Of a stretch of DNA of 64,000 nucleotides, positions 1 to 8,736 are shown in pieces. The stretch spans positions 90,981-154,980 of the forward strand of contig JBAZMT010000001.1 in assembly GCA_041649615.1 (NCBI GenBank). Reading direction: 5' to 3'. Below the pieces are notes generated by a model. It made no database searches, was not told the origin of the DNA, and saw only the letters and a program-made list of their open reading frames with translations. Each line of letters starts with the position of its first letter. The first letter of the stretch is position 1. The position numbers and the translations under genes were made by a program. Source of the DNA: Parcubacteria group bacterium (lineage in GTDB: Bacteria > Patescibacteriota > Minisyncoccia > UBA6257 > Colwellbacteraceae).

Positions 1-412
1 CGGGTATTTCAAATTCCGGATCAAAGACGGTTTGGGCGATGCTTGTTCTTTTACGGACTTCTTTAATCTGTCCCACAAGCGCGTTTCCCAAAAGAACTAT
101 GTCTCCTTCGCTTATTCCTTTTTCACTTCCGGCGTTCAAAGTAAGCTCCGAGCGATCAGCGTAAGGATAAACGGAAAAAACTTTCGCTTCCGTTCCCTTC
201 CGTTCACCGGTTTCCGGATTGCCTTTTTTTAAATTCAAGAGCTCTATCTCAAGGCTTTGGTTTTTTTCGCGAAGATAATCTTTTTCACCTTCGGCGGAAA
301 GACTTTCGCGGACGAAAGCGAGAAAAGTTCCCTTTCCTTCAATCAAAAACTCGCCTGAGAGAACGGCATAAGCGCCCGCTATAATGATGAGAACGAGTAG
401 CCACTTTTTCAT
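1..412 (-). CDS. mreC: rod shape-determining protein MreC (N-terminal part; C-terminus lies beyond window start)
   Basis: Manual minus-strand translation from ATG at 410-412: MKKWLLVLIIIAGAYAV (TM) then coiled coil then GISEGDIVLLGNALVGQIKEV...FDPEFEIP; directly downstream of mreB. Confidence 0.6.
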   Translation of the reverse strand, partial: MKKWLLVLIIIAGAYAVLSGEFLIEGKGTFLAFVRESLSAEGEKDYLREKNQSLEIELLNLKKGNPETGERKGTEAKVFSVYPYADRSELTLNAGSEKGISEGDIVLLGNALVGQIKEVRKRTSIAQTVFDPEFEIP

Positions 413-416
413 TCTT

Positions 417-1460
417 TTAAAGACTGATTTCTTTCGGCTTGGATTGACTGCTCAAAACTTTTTCAAATCGGCTAAAGTCCTCAAGGATAATGCCGAGTCC
501 CCTGATGACGCAGGTTTGCGGGTCTTCTATCAAATTCGTTTTGACCGTTGTCTCTTTTTCAATGCATTTGTCTAGTCCCCTCAAGAGGCTTCCTCCGCCG
601 CAAACGTTTATGCCTTTATCAAGAATATCTCCCACTAATTCCGGAGGAGCGTTCTCTATAAGAGCTCTCGCCGCATCCGTAACGACAAGAAGAGATTTGG
701 CGATGGCAAGCCTCACGTGAGAATTTTTAATCGCCACTTCTTTCGGGAGTCCCGAACCCAAATCTCTTCCGCGCACCATCATCTCAAGTTTCTCATCAAC
801 GGGAACGGCCGAACCGATCCTTATCTTGATCTCTTCGGCGGTCGGTTCTCCCACCGCCAGCTGGAATTCCTCTTTTAGGAATTTGACTATATCTTCGTTT
901 AATTTTTCACCGGCGATCTTCAAACTGTCCGAGATCACGGTGCCGCCGACCGAAATAATCGCGAGCTCTGTCGTTCCTCCGCCGATATCCACGATCATAT
1001 TGGCAGAAGGATCTTCAATCGGAAGTCTCGCGCCGATGGCGGCGGCAATCGGCTCTTCAACGAGATAAACCCTTGAAGCGCCCGCCGATATAAGCACGTC
1101 TTCCGCCGATTTTCTTTCAACTTCGGTTAGATTAGCGGGGATCCCCAGAACGGCGAGTCCGCATCGGTTGAAGATTCCCTCGTCCAAGTTTTTCAGATGG
1201 AACTTCATTATTTCCTCCGCCATTTCAAAATCGGAAATGACGCCTCCGGTAACGGGACGAATGATGCTTATGTGACGCGGGGTGCGCTCAAGCATCCGCT
1301 TAGCTTCAGAGCCGATTGCTATTATTTGATCGGTCTTATTATTGACGGCGATGATGGTCGGCTCATTTACCATGAGCCCCTTGCCTTTCAGATATACGAG
1401 CGTGTTTACCGTTCCAAGATCAGTTCCTATGCTTCGGCTAAAGTTTTGAAATATCCTCAT
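417..1460 (-). CDS. mreB: actin-like rod-shape protein MreB
   Basis: 347 aa; IGTDLGTVNTLVYL phosphate-1 motif, DIGGGTTE, actin/Hsp70 fold signature throughout. Confidence 0.85.
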   Translation of the reverse strand: MRIFQNFSRSIGTDLGTVNTLVYLKGKGLMVNEPTIIAVNNKTDQIIAIGSEAKRMLERTPRHISIIRPVTGGVISDFEMAEEIMKFHLKNLDEGIFNRCGLAVLGIPANLTEVERKSAEDVLISAGASRVYLVEEPIAAAIGARLPIEDPSANMIVDIGGGTTELAIISVGGTVISDSLKIAGEKLNEDIVKFLKEEFQLAVGEPTAEEIKIRIGSAVPVDEKLEMMVRGRDLGSGLPKEVAIKNSHVRLAIAKSLLVVTDAARALIENAPPELVGDILDKGINVCGGGSLLRGLDKCIEKETTVKTNLIEDPQTCVIRGLGIILEDFSRFEKVLSSQSKPKEISL

Positions 1461-2655
1461 AGTTAATCAGTTTTATCTTTTCTTCGTTTCTTTTTTTCGC
1501 CTCAATCTTCTCTCCGGTCTTAGAGCTTACAACTAGTCTTACGGGAATGCCAATGAGGTCGGCATCGGCGAACTTTTCGCCTAAACTTACGTCGCGATCG
1601 TCATAGAGAACTTCGTATCCGTCATGCGTAAGTTTCTCATAAAGTTCCGCGGCTCCACCGGGGACTTGTTCCAACAAGTGATATTTAAACGGCGATATCG
1701 TTTCAGGCCAGATCAATCCTCTGTCGTCGTGAGACGCTTCCGTAATCGCTCCCAGGAGCCTGCTTACACCGATGCCGTAACAACCCATTTGAACGTTTTT
1801 TTCTTCCCCGTTTTCGTTTTTGAATTTCAGTCCGAAAGGAACGGAATATTTGTCTCCCAGTTTAAAAATATTTCCCACTTCAATCGCTTTTTCGGAACGC
1901 AATTTCTTACCGCGACACACAGGACAGGCGGAATCCGTTTCTTTGAACACTTCTTCATTTACGGCAATGCCGCACTTGTCGCAGATATGAATGTCATCCT
2001 CGCCCGCCGGAGTGACCATCTGGAACTCGTGAGAAAATTTCGAAAAAGTGCCTCCGGAAGCGAGAGTATAATACGTTTTGTCCCCTATCCCGACACTATT
2101 AAAAATGCGCTTGTAGGACTCGGTCATTGCCTCGTAAAACGAGTCTAAATCGGCTTCATCCGCATGAAAAGAATAGAAATCCTTCATATAAAATTCCCTT
2201 CCCCGAAGGAGTCCCGATTTGGCCCTTTTTTCGTCCCTAAACTTGTTCTGGAACTGAAAAACGTAAACAGGCAGATCTCTATATGAAAAAATGTGCTGCT
2301 TTAAAATCGGAACCAACTCTTCCTCGTGAGTGGGACCTAAAACATAATCTATTCCCGAATAATAACTCGTGAAACGGAAAAGCACGTCAAAATTCTCAAA
2401 ACGACCGGTCGTTTCCCAATCGCTTTTCGCCTGAAGCGCGCTCATCAAAATTTCCTGTCCGCCGCAAGATTCCATTTCGCGGCGAATGATATTTTCGATT
2501 TTTTTAATCACGCGAAGACCCAAGGGCAGAAAAGCGTAAACTCCCGCCATCACCTTATAGACGAACCCCGCGCGAACTAAAAGTTTCGCGTTTAACGACT
2601 CTTCGTCTTTCGGATCTTCTCTTAAAGTCTTGACGAATAATTCACTTTGTTTCAT
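1438..2655 (-). CDS. proS: prolyl-tRNA synthetase, bacterial-type core without INS editing domain, Zn-ribbon insertion
   Basis: 405 aa; class II motif 2 FQNKFRDEKRAKSGLLRGREFYMKDFYSFH, motif 3 GCYGIGVSRLLGAI, C-terminal anticodon-binding domain; CDKC...CPVC insert where INS normally sits. Confidence 0.85.
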   Translation of the reverse strand: MKQSELFVKTLREDPKDEESLNAKLLVRAGFVYKVMAGVYAFLPLGLRVIKKIENIIRREMESCGGQEILMSALQAKSDWETTGRFENFDVLFRFTSYYSGIDYVLGPTHEEELVPILKQHIFSYRDLPVYVFQFQNKFRDEKRAKSGLLRGREFYMKDFYSFHADEADLDSFYEAMTESYKRIFNSVGIGDKTYYTLASGGTFSKFSHEFQMVTPAGEDDIHICDKCGIAVNEEVFKETDSACPVCRGKKLRSEKAIEVGNIFKLGDKYSVPFGLKFKNENGEEKNVQMGCYGIGVSRLLGAITEASHDDRGLIWPETISPFKYHLLEQVPGGAAELYEKLTHDGYEVLYDDRDVSLGEKFADADLIGIPVRLVVSSKTGEKIEAKKRNEEKIKLINYEDISKL

Positions 2656-2665
2656 GAGGGTTATA

Positions 2666-3655
2666 TCAGAACAGCCTGATTATATCCCTTATTGTAACAA
2701 TAAACATTAGGAGCAACAAAAGCGCGTAGCTTACGGAATTTACGACCGAAATGATTTTTTTATTGAGGGGCTTCTTTCTGATTTTTTCAACCAAAAGGAA
2801 TAAAAGACGCCCTCCGTCAAGAGCCGGCAAAGGGAAAATATTCACGATCATAAGGTTCAACGAGACTACTCCGAGGAGCTGAAGGAAGTAAGGAAGTCCC
2901 ATGTCTTTCGCGACTTGCACGGCGGAGAAAATTCCCACGGGACCGGTACTGCCGGTGAAGTCGCCGTGCCTGAACATGGAAATGAAAGCGTTCACGATTC
3001 TTAAAGAAAACGCTCCGGCGCTTTTTGCTCCGGAAACTAAACTCTTGAAAAAGTTTTCTCTGGGAAATCCGCTTTCAACAAGTTCCACTCCTATGCGTCC
3101 GCCGTTTTCGCCTTCGGTCGGAATGACTCTAACCTCCGAAATTTTTCCCTCGCGTTCCACTTTTAGCGCGAGTTCGCTTCCCGTACTTTTTCCTATGAGG
3201 TCAACGAGGGGGGTAATGGAATCAAAATCATTCAGTTTGTCCCCCGATTTGAGTCCGGCTTCCGCAGCGGGAGAATTTTCCAAAACCGCGCTTATATAAA
3301 CGCCTTTCGGCGTGCCAACCATGAAAATGACCGAAAAAGCGAACCAGGCGAGCACGAAATTCATGACCACTCCCGATGAGTAAACAACCGTTTTTTTCCA
3401 CGCGGGTACATCCATATATTTCTCCGAGGAAATTTCAATGGCGTCCACTTTGACGAATCCACCGAAAGGGATGGCGTTTAAGGAATATTCCGTTCCGCGC
3501 CATTTTTTGCCGATAAGTTTCGGAGGCAGACCGAAGCCGAATTCCTGAACTTCAAGCTTTAATAATTTTGCGGCCGTAAAATGCCCCACTTCGTGACCGA
3601 GAATCAGAATGGCGAAAAAAACAATTATGAGAAGTGCGGTTAAAATGAATTCCAT
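2666..3655 (-). CDS. rseP: site-2 protease RseP-like (M50 zinc metalloprotease with PDZ domain)
   Basis: 329 aa; HEVGHF (HExxH) in first TM, PDZ-like middle, LDGG motif near C-terminus. Confidence 0.75.
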   Translation of the reverse strand: MEFILTALLIIVFFAILILGHEVGHFTAAKLLKLEVQEFGFGLPPKLIGKKWRGTEYSLNAIPFGGFVKVDAIEISSEKYMDVPAWKKTVVYSSGVVMNFVLAWFAFSVIFMVGTPKGVYISAVLENSPAAEAGLKSGDKLNDFDSITPLVDLIGKSTGSELALKVEREGKISEVRVIPTEGENGGRIGVELVESGFPRENFFKSLVSGAKSAGAFSLRIVNAFISMFRHGDFTGSTGPVGIFSAVQVAKDMGLPYFLQLLGVVSLNLMIVNIFPLPALDGGRLLFLLVEKIRKKPLNKKIISVVNSVSYALLLLLMFIVTIRDIIRLF

Positions 3656-3659
3656 CAGT

Positions 3660-4190
3660 TTAGGCTTCCAGCTCGGCGGTTTTTTCTTCCAAAAGTTTGT
3701 CTATGCGTTCGTTAAAATCGTCAACGAGTTTCTGAAGATTTTCTTTCCCTTTGAATTTTTGGTCTTCGGGAAGAGAATTCAATTCCTTTACGGATTTGTC
3801 GCGCGCGGCGCGCATTTTAATCCTGTTGTCTTCGGCAATGGATTTGATGAGTTTTACGAGCTCGGCTTTTCTTTCGCCCGTCAGTTCGGGCAACGTGAAC
3901 CGAATAACCGCGCCGTCATTTGAAACACCGAGTCCCAATCCTTCTTCTTCCACCGCTTTTACGATATTCTGAATCACGCTTTTGTCCCAAGGAGAAACGA
4001 TTATATCTCTCGGGGGCTGGATTCCCAAAGTAGCCACGTGATTTATCTGACTCTCGCATCCCATGTAAGACACCTTAATTTGCTCAATTAAGCGAGTGGT
4101 CGGACGGTTTCCGCGAATGCGGGAAAATTCGTCCTTTACCTGGGCGATAATTTCATCCATTTTTTGCGAAACTTCTTTTAACGGGTCCAT
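3660..4190 (-). CDS. frr: ribosome recycling factor
   Basis: 176 aa; typical RRF length and conserved R-rich helices (RIRGNRPTT, VKLIKSIAEDNRI...RAARD). Confidence 0.9.
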   Translation of the reverse strand: MDPLKEVSQKMDEIIAQVKDEFSRIRGNRPTTRLIEQIKVSYMGCESQINHVATLGIQPPRDIIVSPWDKSVIQNIVKAVEEEGLGLGVSNDGAVIRFTLPELTGERKAELVKLIKSIAEDNRIKMRAARDKSVKELNSLPEDQKFKGKENLQKLVDDFNERIDKLLEEKTAELEA

Positions 4191-4942
4191 GGTATTGCTG
4201 ATAATTGCAGTCTTTTATTCGTATTAAACCTAAGCGTGGAGACCATTCTCTTAAGTATTTTCTTGAGCAAAGCCGCGTTCTTCTCCATGTTATCATTATA
4301 CAATCCGGCGAGGCGCATCTTCATAAAGGTTTCAAATTCTTCCGAAGAAGCAAATTTCTGGGGGACGTCTTTTTTTGATTTGGATTTTTTTTCGCTTGCC
4401 AGTTCAAGAGCGAATCCCGGCCGACCGAAGGATCGCTGAACAATTTGTGCCGCTTTAACGGAAGAAATTCCTTCAGAAACAAGCAAAGATACGATTTCTT
4501 CGTTTTTAACCTGCGGGAAATACAATTTCCTTAAACGGGAAGCGAGAGTCGGAAGAAGATTTTCCGAGCCGGAAGCGATGAAGATGATGAGCGCGTGAGT
4601 CGGGGGCTCCTCCACAATCTTCAAGGCGGCGTTTTGCGCTTCGGGAGTCATTTTGTCCGCCGATTCCACGATGACCGATCGAAATTCGGACATAACCGGT
4701 CTTTCGCGGAGGAATCTCCTCATCTCTCTTATTTTGTCAATGCCAATCTTCGTTTCGCCCGCGGTAATAATGAGTCTTTCTTGAGGCACCGAAGGATTGC
4801 CTTCCAACTCACGCGTAAGGATGTCCGCGAAAGAAAATTTGCCTACCTGGGGCTCTCCGAAAAAAAGAAAGCTTCCCGTGAGAAGATTTTTATTCTTCAG
4901 GCGATCAATTATTTCTTTTTCCCGTTCTCTTCCGATAAGCAT
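4178..4942 (-). CDS. holB: DNA polymerase III delta-prime-like clamp-loader subunit
   Basis: 254 aa; AAA+ lid pattern: FGEPQVGK Walker-A-like, ...NAALKIVEEPP..., TLASRLRKL (SRC-like). Confidence 0.6.
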   Translation of the reverse strand: MLIGREREKEIIDRLKNKNLLTGSFLFFGEPQVGKFSFADILTRELEGNPSVPQERLIITAGETKIGIDKIREMRRFLRERPVMSEFRSVIVESADKMTPEAQNAALKIVEEPPTHALIIFIASGSENLLPTLASRLRKLYFPQVKNEEIVSLLVSEGISSVKAAQIVQRSFGRPGFALELASEKKSKSKKDVPQKFASSEEFETFMKMRLAGLYNDNMEKNAALLKKILKRMVSTLRFNTNKRLQLSAIPWTR

Positions 4943-5952
4943 CAGTTATTCTTATTAAGAAGAGTTTTTTTGTAAGTATCAAGATGGTTTAAAATAGTGC
5001 CCGATCCTTTGGCCACGCAGAGAAGAGAATCTTCCGCAATGTAGGACTCTACGCCCAGGATTCTCTTAAAGAACTCATCAATGTTTCTTAAGTTCGCGCT
5101 TCCACCCGAGACGATAATTCCTTTTTCCATAATGTCCGCCACAAGCTCCGGAGGGGTTTCGTTAAACACTTTTTGAATGGAAGCGGCAACGTCAAGAAGA
5201 AGAGGGTTCAGGGCTTCGGCGATTTCATTTGAAGTTATCACGATGTCTTTCGGAAGGCCGCTTACGATATCCCGTCCGCGTATTTCAAATTCCAGTTTAT
5301 TTTTCAAAGGCAAAGCCGAGCCGGCGGCGATTTTAGCCGCTTCGGCCGTTTGCTCGCCGATCGCCAAAGAATTTTTCTTTTTAACGAATTCCATTATGGC
5401 CGTATCAAATTTGTTTCCGGCCACCCGCAGGGAAGACGAACAAACGATACTTCCCAAAGATATTACGGCGACCTCGCTCGTTCCTCCGCCGATATTTACG
5501 ATCATATTACCGGAAGAAGAATTAATGGGGATGCCCGCCCCAAGGGCGGCTAAAAGAGGTTCTCTCACAACGTAGGCGTTTTTTGCGCCCGCTTCGGTAG
5601 CAGCGTTCAAGACCGCTCTTTTTTCGGTGGGTGTTATGCCGGCGGGAACGGAAATAACCACGTCCGGCCGCCAAAAATTAAAGCCGCCGGAGGCTTTTTT
5701 AATGAAATACGTGAGCATGGCTTTCGTGATGTAATAATCAGCGATAACGCCGTCTTTAAGCGGCCGGTAGGCGGAAATATCGCCCGGAGTGCGGCCGATC
5801 ATTTCCTTGGCTTCATGGCCAACGGCCAGTACCCTGTTTTCCGGAAGACTCAACGCCACTATTGTCGGTTCATTGATGACAAACCCCTTTGCTGGGGTGT
5901 AAACAACGGTATTCGTGGTTCCTAAATCAATCCCGATTTGCCTGACGAGCAT
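4942..5952 (-). CDS. second MreB-like actin homolog (paralog)
   Basis: 336 aa; IGIDLGTTNTVVY, NIGGGTSE; same family as 417..1460 but diverged. Confidence 0.8.
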   Translation of the reverse strand: MLVRQIGIDLGTTNTVVYTPAKGFVINEPTIVALSLPENRVLAVGHEAKEMIGRTPGDISAYRPLKDGVIADYYITKAMLTYFIKKASGGFNFWRPDVVISVPAGITPTEKRAVLNAATEAGAKNAYVVREPLLAALGAGIPINSSSGNMIVNIGGGTSEVAVISLGSIVCSSSLRVAGNKFDTAIMEFVKKKNSLAIGEQTAEAAKIAAGSALPLKNKLEFEIRGRDIVSGLPKDIVITSNEIAEALNPLLLDVAASIQKVFNETPPELVADIMEKGIIVSGGSANLRNIDEFFKRILGVESYIAEDSLLCVAKGSGTILNHLDTYKKTLLNKNN

Positions 5953-5983
5953 GGTATGATTATATTACTCACAGCCAGCATCT

Positions 5984-7171
5984 ATGTCTAATTATGCAAG
6001 AAAGGCCGTATTTTTGGCACTTATAGCTGTTTTTATTACCGCGGGAGTTCCTCTCGTCTTCTTTTCGTGCGGATACAGATTCAGCCTGAGTACCTTAAAA
6101 ATCACCAAAAGCGGCGGACTTTACGTGAGAAGCGTTCCGCCAGACGCAAAAATTTACGTGGACAGAAAACCCGTAACAAACAGCTCCAGCATATTGAGTT
6201 CCGGCACTTTGATAAACGGTCTTACTCCGGGGAAATACGAACTTAAAGTGACGAAAGATGGGTATTACGCGTTTTTAGCCGAGGCCGAGATAATCCCCTT
6301 GCAGGCAAGCTCCTTCGGAGGGCTTGTGCTCGCTCCCACCGTTTATAATTCGTATTTAACGGGAGACATTTCCGATTTTTACATTCAGGGAAGCGAAACG
6401 ATCGTTGAAGATTCGGCCGGAAAATTACGCTACAAAAATCAAGTAATTCCGGGAGAACAATTCGGATTTTTCACGGCTGACGGAAAATCGGTTGTCACTT
6501 CGGTTTCAGGGGACGGCGAACGGATATATCTTCTGATTTCGCTTTCAAATCCGAGAGCGTCCACGAACATCAATGAAGTTTTCTGGAGTTTGAAATCCAG
6601 CAAATTGGGCTTTATAGGAGAAGTTCCCGTTCAGGCAATAGCCCCGCATCCCTACGATCCCGATAAATTGCTTGTTAGCACCGCGGCCAGATTATATGCG
6701 GTGGATATAAAAAACATGGCGATAACGATAATGGGCAATGGTGCCGAGAAAATACTGCCGGGAAATCCTTCGGTTATTCTTTTGAGCAATAATTCGCTCA
6801 TAAATTACAATTTAACTCTCAAGACCAGAACGCCCATTATGGGGGTGGAGAATGCTCGAATTATTTCCGTTTCTCCGAACGGCAGAAAAATCGCAACGTT
6901 ATGGGAAAATAAAACGCTTGAGATATACGATGCCACGGACAAGAAATCATTAAGATTCAACCTCTCGGGATTGAATGACATAAAAGACATTTTCTGGCAT
7001 AAAGGGGGAAATTATTTATTTGTTCTCGCCGACAATAACGTTTATTTCGTTTATGCGGAGAAAGAAGGAATAAATCCGCAAATAATATACGAAGGCGCCG
7101 AAAAAGCCGTTTATTCGGATGGCGGACTTTATGTTCTCTCTCAGGGAGAAATTAAGACGTCAAAATTTTAG
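5984..7171 (+). CDS. membrane-anchored PEGA-domain protein with beta-propeller-like C-terminal region
   Basis: 395 aa; N-terminal TM helix; VRSVPPDAKIYVDRKPV...GKYELKVTKDGYYAF resembles PEGA domain. Confidence 0.45.
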   Translation: MSNYARKAVFLALIAVFITAGVPLVFFSCGYRFSLSTLKITKSGGLYVRSVPPDAKIYVDRKPVTNSSSILSSGTLINGLTPGKYELKVTKDGYYAFLAEAEIIPLQASSFGGLVLAPTVYNSYLTGDISDFYIQGSETIVEDSAGKLRYKNQVIPGEQFGFFTADGKSVVTSVSGDGERIYLLISLSNPRASTNINEVFWSLKSSKLGFIGEVPVQAIAPHPYDPDKLLVSTAARLYAVDIKNMAITIMGNGAEKILPGNPSVILLSNNSLINYNLTLKTRTPIMGVENARIISVSPNGRKIATLWENKTLEIYDATDKKSLRFNLSGLNDIKDIFWHKGGNYLFVLADNNVYFVYAEKEGINPQIIYEGAEKAVYSDGGLYVLSQGEIKTSKF

Positions 7172-7913
7172 GACCCGAGATTGACGCAAACACCGTGTGT
7201 TCAAAATGAGCAGCAGGTTTGCCGTCCACGGTTTTGAAGCTTCCGTCCGGAAGTTCAAAGACTTCTGAGGTTCCCAATGAAAACATCGGTTCAAGGGCAA
7301 GAACCATTCCTTCTTCAATCAGAGCGCCCGTTCCAACTCGCCCCACATTAAAAACCAGCGGGTCTTCATGAGGGGCAAATCCGACTCCGTGTCCGGCGAG
7401 ACCGTCAATGACGGAGACGCCGTATTTTTTGGCGACCGAAGAAATGGCAAAGCCGATGTCACCGAGTCTTTTACCGGGACGCACTTCTTCAATTCCCGCA
7501 TACAGCGCTTCTTCAGTCGCACGAAGGAGACGGGTAATTTCGGGCGAAGTTTTGCCTATAACAATCGTTCGCGCCGAATCGGTGAAACGATCTTTATAGT
7601 TCACTCCCATATCAATTTTTAAAACATCTCCTTCTTTCAACTCTCTTTTATCGGGAATTCCGTGCACGACAACGCTTCCCAAAGAAGCGCAAATGGAAGC
7701 GGGATAAGCGCGTTTCGCGCCCTCCGGACGATACCCTAAAAATGACGGCGTGGCGTCATAAGAAGAAATCAGATCAAACGCCAACCGGTCTAAGAAACTC
7801 AATTTGACGCCCGGAGCGGCGGCTTTGGAGACTTCCTCTAGAACGGTTTTTAGAATGCGTCCCGAAACTTCAAGGAGAGCTAGGTCTTTTTCGGATTTAA
7901 TTATCGGCTTCAA
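7152..7913 (-). CDS. map: methionine aminopeptidase type I
   Basis: 253 aa; pita-bread fold metal ligands (D..D..H..E..E pattern: HGIPDKRELKEGDVLKIDMG...). Confidence 0.85.
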   Translation of the reverse strand: MKPIIKSEKDLALLEVSGRILKTVLEEVSKAAAPGVKLSFLDRLAFDLISSYDATPSFLGYRPEGAKRAYPASICASLGSVVVHGIPDKRELKEGDVLKIDMGVNYKDRFTDSARTIVIGKTSPEITRLLRATEEALYAGIEEVRPGKRLGDIGFAISSVAKKYGVSVIDGLAGHGVGFAPHEDPLVFNVGRVGTGALIEEGMVLALEPMFSLGTSEVFELPDGSFKTVDGKPAAHFEHTVFASISGPKILTS

Positions 7914-8517
7914 AAAACTTTTTTACTTCTTTTTCCACGGCGCGTTCCACCGTTTTGACGGAAGGAGTTCCATCTATGCCGGCAACTTTAATTCCCCGTT
8001 TCTTTAACTCACGCACAACAGGAAGAGTTTCACGCTGGTACACGCGGCACCTTACTCTTATGACCGAAGGTTCGTCAAGGCCGGTCCGTCCGCGTTTGGA
8101 ATTTCTTTTGACGGATTCCGAAACGGGAATGCGAAGAAACACAACTAAAATATTTTTGAGTCCGTAGCGCCTTATAAGCGTATCGGCGACTCCTCCACCT
8201 TTGAGATTAAAAGCCTCTCTCATCGTCCGCGGGCTGCCGCTCATTACAAGGCCTTTTCCTTTGACATAAAACTTCTTAATTTGTTTTTTAACTTCCGCTC
8301 CTGCCCAATTTGAGTCGGCCAACTTGCCCGACATAAAGAGTTTTCTTTGCCTTCTTAGAATTGCGTTTTTTTTAAGAAGACTTGTGTCATTTACAAGTTT
8401 TTCAATGTGTTTACCCGTATCAAAATGAGTTAATCCGTATTTTTTGGCGATAATTCCCGCTTGCGTTCCTTTTCCCGCTCCGGGAGGACCATAAAAAAGA
8501 ATGACATGCTTCTGCAT
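7897..8517 (-). CDS. adk: adenylate kinase
   Basis: 206 aa; P-loop GPPGAGKGTQA, LID and NMP-binding regions. Confidence 0.9.
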   Translation of the reverse strand: MQKHVILFYGPPGAGKGTQAGIIAKKYGLTHFDTGKHIEKLVNDTSLLKKNAILRRQRKLFMSGKLADSNWAGAEVKKQIKKFYVKGKGLVMSGSPRTMREAFNLKGGGVADTLIRRYGLKNILVVFLRIPVSESVKRNSKRGRTGLDEPSVIRVRCRVYQRETLPVVRELKKRGIKVAGIDGTPSVKTVERAVEKEVKKFFEADN

Positions 8518-8523
8518 AAATGA

Positions 8524-8532
8524 AGTATAACA
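8524..8532 (-). promoter_or_regulatory. extended -10 element (TGtTATACT) 6 nt upstream of adk ATG; probable leaderless transcript
   Basis: minus-strand CTCTGTTATACTTCATTT-ATG. Confidence 0.35.
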
Positions 8533-8543
8533 GAGCCAGTTAT

Positions 8544-8684
8544 CTTCCTGTAATTCCCTTCAAGACGCGCGTCAGACACTCCAGCGAGTGCCTGCGCTCA
8601 CTCTCAACCTCGCTATTTTCATCCTTCGGATGAAAAACCATGCTAGCAGGGTTTCCGAACGGTCTTTCAGAGAATTACAGGAAG
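8544..8684. other. 141-nt intergenic element closed by 13-bp perfect inverted repeat, internal UUCG-capped 8-bp hairpin (8617-8636) and GACGCGCGUC palindrome
   Basis: CTTCCTGTAATTC (8544-8556) / GAATTACAGGAAG (8672-8684); TTTCATCC-TTCG-GGATGAAA. Confidence 0.4.
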
Positions 8685-8736
8685 AAGATCTATCAGCCAG
8701 GACCTTTGCAGAAGCAAGGGTCAAAAGAGGGGGAAA

